Origin: Pristiophorus japonicus
Taxonomy: Eukaryota
DNA: 64,000 bases
Reading direction: 5' to 3'
NCBI RefSeq assembly: GCF_044704955.1
Contig: NC_091988.1
Location: forward strand, 52,638,001 to 52,702,000
This document shows positions 27,037 through 38,880 of this stretch, in pieces. The notes beneath the pieces were generated by a model. It was not told the DNA's origin. It was given only the letters and a program-made list of their open reading frames with translations, and did no database searches. Positions within the stretch are counted from its first letter, which is position 1, and each line of letters begins with the position of its first letter. The position numbers and the translations under genes are program-made.

Positions 27037-27332
27037 TACTGGATACATTTGCCGTCGGCTGTCGAGACCAAGATTATGAGGAACTATGTGAAACTGCACT
27101 GCTGGAACGAAGCTTGGGGCGGGGGTGGGTGTAATCGTCTGCTGAAAGGGGGCTCATACAATAACCTGACCAGCCTGCTGGAAGGGGTTGTACAATAACC
27201 CAACCAGACTGCTGGCTTTAGTATTATCGGATCATTTTTCAATTGATACTGTATTTACAGCAGCATAATACCTGCTGTCATTAGTTCTTTCGCAAATCGA
27301 AGGGACCGAGTTAATGGATTTGTATTTTGAAA

Positions 27333-27338
27333 AATAAA
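27333..27338 (+). terminator. Probable ARPC4 polyadenylation signal
   Basis: AATAAA about 300 nt after the stop codon, followed by a GT-rich downstream stretch. Confidence 0.65.
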
Positions 27339-27507
27339 AACTTTCATTCGTAGTTTGTGTCACAGCCTCTCTGACTTTACTCCTTCTTAATCCACATGTT
27401 TAAAGGACAGTCCACTTTTAATTTTGAGGCAGTAAATGGATGCAATAAAATCTGTCAATAATGACTAGATTTCCTGTCGATACCAGGAAGAGGTCTCTAC
27501 TGGTGAA

Positions 27508-27690
27508 ACAAAAAGCAGAATACTGTAGATGCTGGGAATCTGCAATAAAAAATGCTGGAAACACTCAGCAGGTCAGGCAGCATCTGTGGAGAGGAACTGA
27601 TGAAAGGTCATCGATCTGAAACACCCTACCTTCCTCTCCACAGACACAGAGACTGCCTGACCAGCTAACGGTTTCTGGCATGTTTGGTCT
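27508..27690. mobile_element. Palindromic Penelope-terminal-repeat-like element with a hammerhead core
   Basis: Left arm matches 4445-4535. CTGATGA-stem-GAAAC at 27597-27622. Inverted right arm. Confidence 0.6.
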
Positions 27691-29645
27691 CTACTGGTGC
27701 TTGCCTTGTTCTGTCACAAATTATAATCCTGTATGAAACAATTGAGTCTCTTTAATAATTCATCATTTTGTATATTCACCCACATTAGTCAATTAGGCAT
27801 TTAGCCCACATTCTTTGTTTGAGTTGTTTTTATTCCATCACTAGTTTCTGAATGAGTATTTAATCAAAGTAAAATAGATCATATTGTAACTATATTTGGG
27901 ATCACGTTATGGATTTTATTATACTGTGAGGGGATGGAGATTTTGTTGCTACTGTGATTTTTTTTTATGGCAGCAGCTGACAGATGATCACTAGCTTGGG
28001 TTTCACTGTAATTGTGAAAAGGCGTCACAAAGTTATACTGGTCCAGAACCCTCTGGCAGTGAATGGTCAGGTTCCCATCTATACCACTGCTCTTTACATT
28101 GGTCAACAGGGTGCTTTTTAAAACACAAATGTACTGGGGCAGCACATTGAGGTACGATGCAGGCTCTCGCGTGTACTTGGTGAGTTCCCACTTTCAACTA
28201 AGCTGTTAAAAATACATTGAATGGGAATAATTAAACCTAGGGATGTTAATCTTATTGCTGTTATTGCCACTAATATGTATTGCCTTATGCTTCTCAATAT
28301 TAAAAACCTTTTGCAGTTCATCTGCCCAGTTGTCATCTCCTGTAGATTGTTTTGAGTTTTATCTCTGCTCTTGGTTTTCCATAGAACTTTATATCATCAG
28401 CAAACTTAGTCGAGTTTTGATAGCTTCAAGATAATTGTATTTGATAATACTCCTGTGAATCGCCTTGGGACGTTTCGCTATGTTAAAGGTGCTATATAAA
28501 TACAAGTTGTTATAAATTGTGAACAGCAAAGGACCCAGCATTGATCCCTGGAATACCTTGCTGCCCACTGTTGGCTGGGTACAATTTTGTTTTTTACTGT
28601 TGCACTATATTTCCTGTTATTTAGCCAATTCAATTATCCATTTAAAAAAAGAATTTTAAGAACTTTCATTTTGACACGGGGCTCTTTTGAGTCACCTTCA
28701 CTCCCATTATTATGTGCTTGTATTGCTTCATTTTATAATAGTCTCCAGAGTTGTTCAGTTTAAATGTAAAGTCTGACTATGTTGTTGAACTTTCTTTTAA
28801 AATTGGAACAGTAACTTATTTTGATTCTTGTGCTAATTCTGAAATTAATGAGCCGTGAAACATTTCAGTCGCACCTTCCTTTGGTTTCCTTTACAGAGTA
28901 ACTATTTGTACTCTCTATATGTGCCTCCTGACTCTGCTGCTCCCACCACCCCGAGCAAAATCTGTACTACCGATTTTCTGCGCATGCGTCCTCGTGACAC
29001 CTGGAATGGGAAGTGGGGCTCTGAACACGTTAATTCTCGAGCCTCCGACCGAGCCACCCGCAGTGCCGCAAACCGCCGGGTCCCGAGCTTCCAACTAGGC
29101 CCCGGGGGAAGGAGAGAGAGAGAGTGAGCCGGTGGGAGGGGGGAGGGGGGGGGGGGGGGGGAGGAGGGAGGGAGAAGAGAGAGCAAGCGAACCTTGGGGG
29201 GAGATCGGAGAGGAGAGAGACAGACTGGGGAGATCGGAGGGGAGAGAGGGAGCTCACGGAAGATGAATCATGTTCTTCCAAACCCCCTTACACCCACACC
29301 CGATTTCTCGGAAAGCTCGGTGCATGTGTTACAAGGAACATGGTTGGAGTGGATGAAATCCAGAACTCATGACACACTCGCTATTCACTTCATACCCAAT
29401 AAACCTGTTAACAATCCACACACAATGTCCCATCTATGGGGGAGAAAAAGGTCTTGTGCTGGGGTAAGGGACTTCGGCTGGGGGAGGCAGCACTTGCGCT
29501 GGGGTAAGGGATTCGGCTGGGGGAGGGATGCACTTGGCTGGGGGATGTCAAAATGGATCATGTTACAACTTGCAAAGTTAAGCTGGGCGGTTCCATTTAC
29601 ACATTCCAGAGAAACTTCAGGGTGTGGCTTATCCTTCAAGGGGAC

Positions 29646-29894
29646 TGTCATGTATCTTACATTATTATATATAACTGTATCCCAACATGCTATACATGAC
29701 TGTAATAAGATATGACCTGTAACCATCAGCATACCTTACCACCGGGGGTGCACTTGCAAGAGACAGGTATATAAGCATAGGTCTCAGGCAAGTGCAGCAT
29801 TCCAGAGCTGTGAAATAAAAGGTGCAGGTCCAGAGTGACCTTGACTTCACTACATGCCTCGTGTGAATCTGTACTGAGGGGACAGGACTTTACA
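29646..29894 (+). repeat. 5' LTR (249 bp)
   Basis: Differs from the 3' LTR by 3 substitutions and a 1-bp indel by eye. Contains TATATAA and AATAAA. Confidence 0.97.
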
Positions 29895-29929
29895 GTGGCG
29901 ACGGGTTACGGGATTACAGAATCCACAGA

Positions 29930-30901
29930 ATGGCGAACAACGGATCAGATGAAAAGTACAATGCGGGAGACAATTGGGAGGACTTTATAGAAAGGCTCCA
30001 GCAAAGCTTTGTAACCAAAGACTGGTTAGGCGACGATACGGCAGACAAGAGAAGAGCCCATCTCTTGACCAGTTGTGGCTCGAAAACATACACTTTAATG
30101 AAGGATCTGTTGGCACCTAAGAAAACAGCAAGCAAGTCGTTTGAAGAATTGAGCGCACTGGTAAGAGACTACCTGAAGCCAGCGAACAGCCTACACATGG
30201 CCAGACACAGGTTCTACAACTACAGACGCTGTGTGGGCCAGAGCATACCCGACTTCGTGGCGGAACTTCGGAGGTTGGCTAGTTTATGTGAGTTCTCCGA
30301 TGAACTGAGGAGAGAAATGCTGAGAGACTTTTTCATTGAAGGAATAGGCCACGCAGGCATATTCCGAAAGCTCATAGAGAAGAAGAACCTGACCTTAGAG
30401 GCAGCAGCACTGGTTGCACAGACATTCTTGGTAGGGGAAGAAGAAATGAGGTTGATTTACAATGCAGGTACAACAACTAACGAAATAATGGAACAAGGAG
30501 TTCACAGCATTAGAAAAGCTGCTACCCCCACACACAGACAAAACCGGCAGAACAGGCTTTTGACAGCAAGCAGTGGCAACAGAAGCCATCAAGGGCCACA
30601 GGAACGGCCGTTCACACCTTATCAACTCACAATGCGAGCAATCAACTACAAACTGAGAGAAGCTCAAGAGAGATCAGCCAGACGCAGCTCATTCTTTGCA
30701 AGCAGTCTGTGCTGGAGGTGTGGGGGTGGGCACTCGTCAAGAGAATGTCGATTTCAGCAGGCTGTTCGCAGGAACTGTGAATATACAGGGCATTTGGCCC
30801 GCATGTGCAAAAAAACGGCAGCTCGGCTGGTATACGAATCGGATGGGTCGGAAAGCGGACCAGAAGACGGTGGGGACAGTACCCGGGACACCGATATATA
30901 G
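29930..30901 (+). CDS. Gypsy Gag with CCHC zinc knuckle(s)
   Basis: 323-aa ORF containing CWRCGGGHSSREC and a degenerate second knuckle (RRNCEYTGHLARMC). Confidence 0.88.
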   Translation: MANNGSDEKYNAGDNWEDFIERLQQSFVTKDWLGDDTADKRRAHLLTSCGSKTYTLMKDLLAPKKTASKSFEELSALVRDYLKPANSLHMARHRFYNYRRCVGQSIPDFVAELRRLASLCEFSDELRREMLRDFFIEGIGHAGIFRKLIEKKNLTLEAAALVAQTFLVGEEEMRLIYNAGTTTNEIMEQGVHSIRKAATPTHRQNRQNRLLTASSGNRSHQGPQERPFTPYQLTMRAINYKLREAQERSARRSSFFASSLCWRCGGGHSSRECRFQQAVRRNCEYTGHLARMCKKTAARLVYESDGSESGPEDGGDSTRDTDI

Positions 30902-33900
30902 CGGGTCAACACGATCAATGGCCGCTGCTCCTACGACAGGATGCCTCCTATAATGATGAGGGTCCTACTCAACGGGATATCTGTCAACATGGAGCTGAAT
31001 ACAGGAGCGAGTCAATCTCTCATGGGCACTCAACAATTTGAACAGCTGTGGCTGCATAAAAGAGACAGACCAAAACTCACAAGGGTCGACACCAAACTAA
31101 GGACCTATACCAAAGAAATCGTACCAGTCCTCGGCAGCGTCATGCTCTCTGTCACACACAAAGGGACAGTGAAGCGACTTTCCCTGTGGATTGTCCCCGG
31201 AGACCCCCCAGCACTGCTGGGGAGAAGCTGGCTGGCAAAACTAAACTGGAAATGGGATGATGTCCATGCCATGTCATTAGAGGAACGGACCTCCTGCTCA
31301 ACAGTTATAAAGCGATTTGAACATCTCTTTCAGCCAGGTGTGGGCATTTTCAAAGGGACCAAAGTCAAAATCTACATCACACAGGATGCTAGACCGGTCC
31401 ATCACAAGTCCAGAGGTGTACCCTATGTGATGAGGGAAAAGATTGAACACGAACTAGACAGGCTTCTGCGGAAAGGCATTATATCACCTGTGGAATTTAG
31501 CGACTGGGCAAGTCCCATCGTCCCAGTCATGAAGCCTGATGGATCCGTACGAATCTGTGGGGACTACAAATCTACCATAAACAGAGTCTCCCTACAGGAC
31601 CAGTACCCGCTGCCCAGAGCGGAGGACTTATTTGCCACATTGGCTGGAGGTAAACTTTTCTCAAAATTAGACCTCACATCTGCGTATATGACGCAAGAAT
31701 TGACCGAGGAATCCAAGCTACTCACCACCATCAACACACATCGAGCCTTTTCATGTACAATCGATGCCCATTCGGCATCAGGTCGGCAGCTGCCATATTC
31801 CAGTGCAACATGGAGAGTGTGCTCTAGTCCATCCCGGGGACGGTTGTATTTCAAGATGACATACTTATCACGGGCAGGGACACCGACTCCCATCTCCGTA
31901 ATTTGGAGGAAGTACTAAAGCGGTTGGATCGGGTAGGCCTACGAGTCAAGAAATCCAAGTGCCTGTTTCTCGCACCCGAGGTTGAATTTTTGGGCAGAAG
32001 GATTGCCGCTGATGGAATCCGCCCAACTGAGTTCAAAACAGAAGCAATTTGCCTGGCACCCAGGCCCCGGAATGTCTCAGAACTGCGCGCCTTTCTCGGG
32101 CTACTCAATTACTTTGGGAACTTTATGCAGAACTTAAGCACGCTGCTGGAGCCTCTCCATGTGCTACTCAGGAAGGGGTGCGATTGGTTTTGGGGGAACG
32201 CCCAGGAACGCGCCTTCAATAAGGCACGCAACCTTCTGTGTTCCAACAGTGTTTTGACTATTTTTGATCCAGGTAAAAAGCTAGTTCTCACATGCGATGC
32301 ATCAGCGTATGGGGTCGGGTGCGTTTTGCAACATGTCAATAGTGCGGGCAAATTACAACCCATAGCTTATGCCTCCAGGTCACTTTCGCGGGCGGAGCGC
32401 GGGTACGGAATGGTAGAGAAGGAGGTGCTCGCGTGCGTGTACGGTGTCAAAAAGATGCACCAATACCTTTTTCGAGGCCAAGTTCGCGTTGGAAACCGAT
32501 TATAAGTTTTTTATATTTTTCCTATTTAAGAGCAAGGCAATAAACGCCAACGCCTCGGCGCGAATTCAACGGTGGGCACTCATGCTGGCGTCTTACGACT
32601 ATACCATAAGGCAGACAACTGTGCCGACGCGCTCAGCAAGCTACCCCTGGCGACCACGGAAGGGTCTGACGAACAGGACTGTGAGATAGTCATGGCAATC
32701 AATGCCTTTGAGTCCACAGGTTTGCCGATGACGGCTCGCCAAATCAGAGCCTGGACGGCCAGTGATCCCACGTTATCCTTAGTAAAAAGATGTGTCCTAA
32801 CCGGTGACTGGGCAGAGGCTCGCGATGCCTGCCCCGAGGAATTAAAACTCTTTCACAGGCGCATGCATAAGCTATCACTACAAGCAGACTGCCTGATGTG
32901 GGGCAGCTGAGTAGTTATGCCTCTGCGAGGCAGAGAGGCATTTGTCCGGGAGCTCCACCGCGAGCACCCGGGGATTGTTCTCATGAAGGCCAGAGCCAGA
33001 TCCCACATCTGGTGACCTGGTATTGACGCGGATTTGGAGTTCTGCGTCCGAAGGTGCACCATTTGTGCCCAACTCAGCAATGCCCCAGGGAGGCTCCACT
33101 GAGCCCCGAGCCCTGGCCTACCAAACCGTGGTCGCGGGTGCACGTAGACTATGCGGGCCCATTCATGGGCAAAATGTTCCTCGTAGTTGTAGATGCATTT
33201 TCAAAGTGGATCGAATGCACCATTTTAAACGCGAGCACAACCTCCACCACTGTGGAGAGCCTCGCAACCATGTTTGCAACGCACGGAATCCCTGACATAT
33301 TAGTCAGTGACAATGGTCCGTGCTTCACCAGCGCAGAATTCCAAGACTTTATAATTGACCACGGCATAAATCACGTCAAGATGGCACCGTTCAAGCCGGC
33401 CTTCAACGGCCAGGCGGAGAGAGCAATGCAAATCATTAAACAAGGCATGCTTAAAATCCAATGTACCACGCTGCAGGGTCGCCTGTCGCGACTGCTGTTG
33501 GCATACAGATCTCGTCCGCACTCACTGACTGGGATCCCCCCATGCAACTGTTGATGAAAAGGACTTTAAAAACAAGGCTCTCATTAATCCTCCCAGACAT
33601 GCACGAAATCGTTGAGGCAAAGCGCCGTAAGCTGACTAAGTACCATGACAGAAATTCGAGGGGGAGATGGAATGAGATAGGGGACAAAGTGTTTGTACTA
33701 AACTATGGCAGGGGTCCCAAATGGCTTGTAGGGACAGTAACGGGCAAGGAAGGAAACAGGCTACTGGTAGTACAAATGGACAATGGCAAAAGCTGCGGAG
33801 GCATGTAGACCAAGTCAAAAGCAGATTTACCAACAGCACTGCGGAACCAGAGGCAGACTACAATGTGGAACTCGCACCACACCTGGTGGACAGACAGAGG

Positions 33901-34080
33901 GAACAACCTGAGGAAGGGGCAATCCCAACAGACAGCCCAGGCGAGTCAACAACAATCACACCAATCGAAACCGACAGCCCAGGCGAGATACCAGCAACCA
34001 CACCCAACAGACACCAAGGCAAACAACTGAACCACAACTCAGACGCTCCACACGAGAGCGTAGACCACCTGAGAGACTGA
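30902..34080 (+). pseudogene. Gypsy pol (PR, RT, RNase H, integrase) with frameshifts and stops
   Basis: Protease motif reads LNTGAS (catalytic D changed to N). RT motifs WASPIV, FSKLDL and FQDD. RNase H motif CDASAYGVG. Integrase motifs HPG...CTIC, RVHVDYAGPF and SDNG. Split over several frames, TGA stops near 32908 and 33014. Confidence 0.92.
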
Positions 34081-34115
34081 ACTTATAAAGACAATAAGAC
34101 CTTGGGGGAGGGTGA

Positions 34116-34363
34116 TGTCATGTATCTTACATTATTATATATAACTGTATCCCAACATGCTATACATGACTGTAATAAGATATGACCTGTAACCACCAGC
34201 ATACCTTACCACCGGGGGTGCATTTGCAAGAGACAGGTATATAAGCACAGGTCTCAGGCAAGTGCACATTCCAGAGCTGTGAAATAAAAGGTGCAGGTCC
34301 AGAGTGACCTTGACTTCACTACATGCCTCGTGTGAATCTGTACTGAGGGGACAGGACTTTACA
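34116..34363 (+). repeat. 3' LTR (248 bp)
   Basis: Direct repeat of 29646-29894, followed by TSD GGGAC. Confidence 0.97.
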
Positions 34364-36637
34364 GGGACCAATCAGCAACGGGTCTTGTGATAATGGAGAG
34401 CCAATCAGAGAAATGGCTTCCATTCAGTTAGTACAAATAGTTGCATCCTTTAAGCAGTATTTATGTAGCATTTAGTCTTATCTAATGAATATTTAAGTAC
34501 TCCAATCTTTGACCGATAATAAATAATGGTAGGTAATAGCATTGTCATGGTAGGTAAGATAATGTGGAAGGCCTAAACTGAGAAAGATGAAATGAGGCAA
34601 AACTACAAGTGGAACTGAATGGAAGATGAGGAGCAAACAGTTGTAGTAATTACTGGCAGGGAGAATGCAGTATTGTGGCATCTATGGCAAATTACAATAT
34701 CAAATCTAATGACTATGATTACTTCTGCACAGAAATTCCATATTAAATGAATGTCACATGCTTATTTAATATTAAAATTTGCAATCTATGCTGAGTCAAG
34801 TGATCCTAAGCCAGAGCAGCTACATAGCCACTACAATTGGCCTCAATGTTTCTATGTCAGGAAGGATGAAATTAACTAGAGTTTGCACTACTCATCCAGT
34901 GACCCCTGTTGTAAGTATGAGCACACGCGTGTGGGAACAGAAGTGGGTTCAGTTCTCATGGCACCAATGGTTGAATTGCCTACTGACACTGGTCCAAGCT
35001 CACAGATGCAAAATGGCCACTTGGGTGTGGTACTGGAAAGCTCCTGATACTTAGCAAGAAGGCAGTGCCTTTAGAAGAGGCTGATTTTTCTCTCTCCTTA
35101 ACTCAAGGGCACTGAGACTAATTGTAGCAACTCTTATCTACCCATCCTGCCTAAAATCAGCTGGGTTGGAAAGTAGAAAATTATAGTCTGAGTCAGTAAC
35201 ACACAGTGTATTTAGTAATAGGCTAGTGGAGGAGTTTGATGCTTTGCAAAATTGGAATAAATTGACAAGAAAAAAGTATATTAAATCATCCAATAACTCT
35301 GAACATCATGCTTATACATGTGGGTTAAAGCATCATTCCTAAAATCTGAGCTCATGATCGAAATTGGCACTCCAGTGCACTCGTGAGAGTGCTGCATTGT
35401 CCCCAGCTATCTGTGTCAATGGTTCAGGTACATATTAAAGATCTCATTGCATTTTAGTAAAGAGGGTGCAATCCAGTGCCTTGTCAAAATTCCTTGCTCA
35501 AGCAATACCACCAAAAACTGATTAATTGCATTGATGTTTCAGGGATCTTGACGTGGAAAATAGCTGCAGCCCAGTTAATTACTAAACAAAACAATTTATT
35601 GGATGAGCCATGTTTTAATATGTTTGAGAGAAGTTATAAGGTAGAGCAATCTTTCTTTAATGATGGAATCATACAGCACAGAAGGAGGCTATTCGGCCCA
35701 TTGTGCCTGTGCCGGCTCTTCGAAAGAGCTATCCAATTTGTCCCACTCCCCTGCTCAGAGTCTTGCAAATTTCCCTTTTTCATGCATTTATCCAATTCCC
35801 CTTTCAAAGATACAATTGCATTTGCTTCCACCACCTTTTCAGATAGTGCATTCCAGATCATAATACCTCGCTGCATCAAATACATTCTCCCAATTTCCTC
35901 CCTGGATTTATCTTTACATTTGGTTACAATGCTGAGTGACAATATGCTATATTACACCAATCAGTTATCCGTGGACTACATGCAGATGCACACAGACGCA
36001 GGAAGGTATCTATGTAATTTGCATTGTTTCCCTGTTTAATAACAGGGTTATGGATCTCAATTTTTTAATTTGTTTGCGGGAATCTAGCCAGTGAATAGCA
36101 GCACTGGCCAACCTACTCACCTTGCTTTGTGTCACCATCCTTGTTTGCTGTCACTACTGTATCCTGGCAATAGCGAAACCAATAATATTTCACTGTTTTA
36201 TTATGTAGGCCAGTTGCATCCACAGTGTATCCCTGTTTGTGGATATTTGCCTTATGTGATGGCCATAATCATAATACAAGGCTATGTATACAGTTCCCAT
36301 GAAGAGTCCACACCTCAAACATTCACTTGTCCTCTTCACAGATGGTGACTGACCTACTGCATGTGTTTCCAGAATTTTCTATTTTTGTTTCAGATTCCAG
36401 CATCTGCACATTTTTTACTTTTTTGTTTGTAAGAATAATATTGCCTTGGCTGGAATTGGAGAAGGAGGGAGCAGATACTGCAATTGTGAGATCTGTTTGC
36501 TATGAACTTGCCAGTTATTTATGAATGAATCATCATTCCATTTAAAATGCGAGTTATAATTTAATGTAAGTGAGGTTTATATGCATAAATGGTGGTTGCC
36601 AGAGGTGGCAACACGATAAATCTGTGAGGTGTTAAGA

Positions 36638-36800
36638 TAGGGTGACCATACATCCCCGTTTTCTGGGGACAGTCCCCAGATGAGGTACTGTGTCCCTGGG
36701 CAACAATGCCCCCGAATAGACTAGAGCCATATTCAATGGAATATATACATATCATACTATTGTATATTATCACAGTTCCAGGTGAATTGACTGAACAGTG

Positions 36801-36832
<32 letters not shown>

Positions 36833-37701
36833 CTCTTCAATAGTGTGAGTCACATCTGTAATAATTATATACACATTTGTTTTGCATTTGTAATGCATAT
36901 CTTCTCTCAGAGAATTGTGAACCTGTGGAATTCTCTACCACAGAAAATTGTTGAGGTCAGTTCGTTAGATATATTCAAAAGGGAGTTTAATGTGGCCCTT
37001 ATGGCTAAATGGATCAAGGGGTATGGAAAGAAAGCAGGAATGGGGTACTGAAGTTGCATGATCAGCCATGATCATATTGAATGGTGGTGCGGGCTCGAAG
37101 GGCCGAATGGCCTACTCCTGCACCTATTTTCTATCTTTCTATGTGCAACTTATCGTCAGCCAATGGCTCAGTTGGTAGCACCCTCGCCTCTGAGTCAGAG
37201 GTTGTGGGTTCAAGGCCTACTCTAAAGATTTGAGCACAAGAATCTAGACTGACACTCCTACGCAGTACTGAGGGAGTGCTGCACTGTTGACTTTTGGCTG
37301 AAGCCCTTTCTGCCCTCTCAGGTGGACGTAAAAGATCCTGTGGCACTATTTTGAAGAAGAGCGTGAAAGTTATCCCCGGTGTCCTGGCCAATATTTATCC
37401 CTCGATCAATGTAACAAAAAAAAACATTACCTGGTCATTATCACATTGCTGTTTGTGAGAGCTGCCGCATTTCCCAGATTACAACAGTGACTACACTTCA
37501 AAAAGTTCTTTATTGGCTATAACGCGCTTTGAGACGTCCGGTGGTCATAAAAGGTGCGATATAAATGCAAGTATTTTAACTGTTTAAAAATATAGGCTGC
37601 TAAAAAAAATTGCTGCGCTGAGCAACCTACAATTTCCGTCCAAGCTACTTTGCTGTGCTCCCACCCTTCTTTCGGTTGAGAAAATGTGGTTAGTCACCCT
37701 A
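36638..37701. mobile_element. Non-autonomous hAT element (Blackjack-like) containing a nested CR1 3' piece and a SINE
   Basis: TIR TAGGGTGAC/GTCACCCTA and exact 8-bp TSD TGTTAAGA (36630-36637 and 37702-37709). Confidence 0.85.
37153..37575 (+). mobile_element. SacSINE1-like Deu-domain SINE nested in the hAT element
   Basis: Head TGGCTCAGTTGGTAGC...GGTTCAAG, same core and tail as 5825-6288. Confidence 0.85.
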
Positions 37702-37899
37702 TGTTAAGAGCTTGCATTGTTGGTTGTGTACAATTAGATTCTTAAAAACTTATTGTGCAAAAAAAACATTATTTGCATTCTATAGGTCATCAAATAAAAA
37801 TGTGAAAAAGAAAGGTTAAAGGTAAACATACGTACGCAGTTGACGTAAACAATGAATTGGAGAATGAGTGACAATGATCCCCAGGTATTTCTCACAGGC

Positions 37900-38106
37900 T
37901 GAGGCCCGAACAAAGATGGCGGCTGACGTCGTGCAACGGTTCCCCTGGCAACCGTAAACAGACGGCTTCTGCGTCTGCGTAGTGCAGGGGGGAAACTGCA
38001 GCACCGCGAGAGAAGCCCGAGCAACTGCACTGAATCACAAGCAGAAGGTTTCTGACTGAGAGAAGGGACCAGTCAGCGCGACATTGACAGCACATATCGT
38101 CAGGAA
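37900..38106 (+). promoter_or_regulatory. Probable promoter and non-coding first exon of TTLL3
   Basis: Small CpG-rich patch with YY1 motif AAGATGGCGGC (37913-37923), CRE-like TGACGTC, RFX X-box GTTCCCCTGGCAAC (37939-37952), and donor GAA|GTGAGT at 38106. Confidence 0.6.
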
Positions 38107-38461
38107 GTGAGTACCATCGAGGAGAAGGGAAGGGAAGGGGAGAAACACACACATCATAGGCGGCCCCTCATATTTGAGAGACAATAATAGTCTGCTGTGT
38201 GGGAGAGCTTGCATAAATAAACCACCCACTAAGTGTGTTTGAGAGAGAGAAACATCAGTTGCACTCAGTTAATGCTTATCAAAAAGGGTCAGTAACAATT
38301 ACAAGTGCGTTTAGGCATTTCACATAGTTATATGATGGTGGCATTAGTGGGCAATGCTGCAAATTCCCAGTTACATTACCTTAACTTAAGTGTAGTGATG
38401 ATTTAAGAACCCTGGTGTTAGCTAACATTATTCACATTTACCACTTTAACGACTGAAAATA

Positions 38462-38880
38462 AGGCTTTCCCACATTACAACAGTGACTACACTCCGAAAG
38501 TACTTCATTGGCTGTAAAGCGCTTTGAGACGTCCGGTGTTTTTTTTAACTTGACCAATGTTCCTAATACTAATCTGCCTTTCTGATGAGACTTTAAACTG
38601 AGGCCCCATCTGCCCTCTTAGGTGGACGTAAAAGATCCCATGGCACTATTTCGAAGAAGAGCAGGGGAGTTATCAGTGGTGTCCTGGCCAATATTTATCA
38701 CTCAATCAACATAACAAAAACAGATTATCTGGTCATTATCACATTGTTGTTAGTGGGACTTTGCCAGGTGCATTTCCTATATTACAACGGTGACTACACA
38801 TTAAAAAGTACTTCATTGGCTGTAATGTGGTTTTGGGCGTTTGGTGGTCGTGAAAAGCACTATATAAATGCAAGTATTTT
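38462..38880 (+). mobile_element. SacSINE1-like fragments
   Basis: Deu core and tail similar to the other copies. Confidence 0.8.

Larger units (their letters stand above)
29646..34363 (+). mobile_element. Full-length Ty3/Gypsy LTR retrotransposon, probably Mag-type, with a disabled coding region
   Basis: TG...CA LTRs at 29646-29894 and 34116-34363. 5-bp TSD GGGAC (29641-29645 and 34364-34368). PBS TGGCGACG after the 5' LTR, PPT GGGGGAGGGTGA before the 3' LTR. Domain order gag-PR-RT-RH-INT. Confidence 0.97.

Noticed and set aside
35476-36039. 187-aa ORF
   Set aside because: It runs antisense through a decayed CR1 3' fragment (about 35660-35910) and looks like a chance open frame.
37153-37230. 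tRNA gene
   Set aside because: It is the tRNA-derived head of a SINE that continues into a Deu core and tail.
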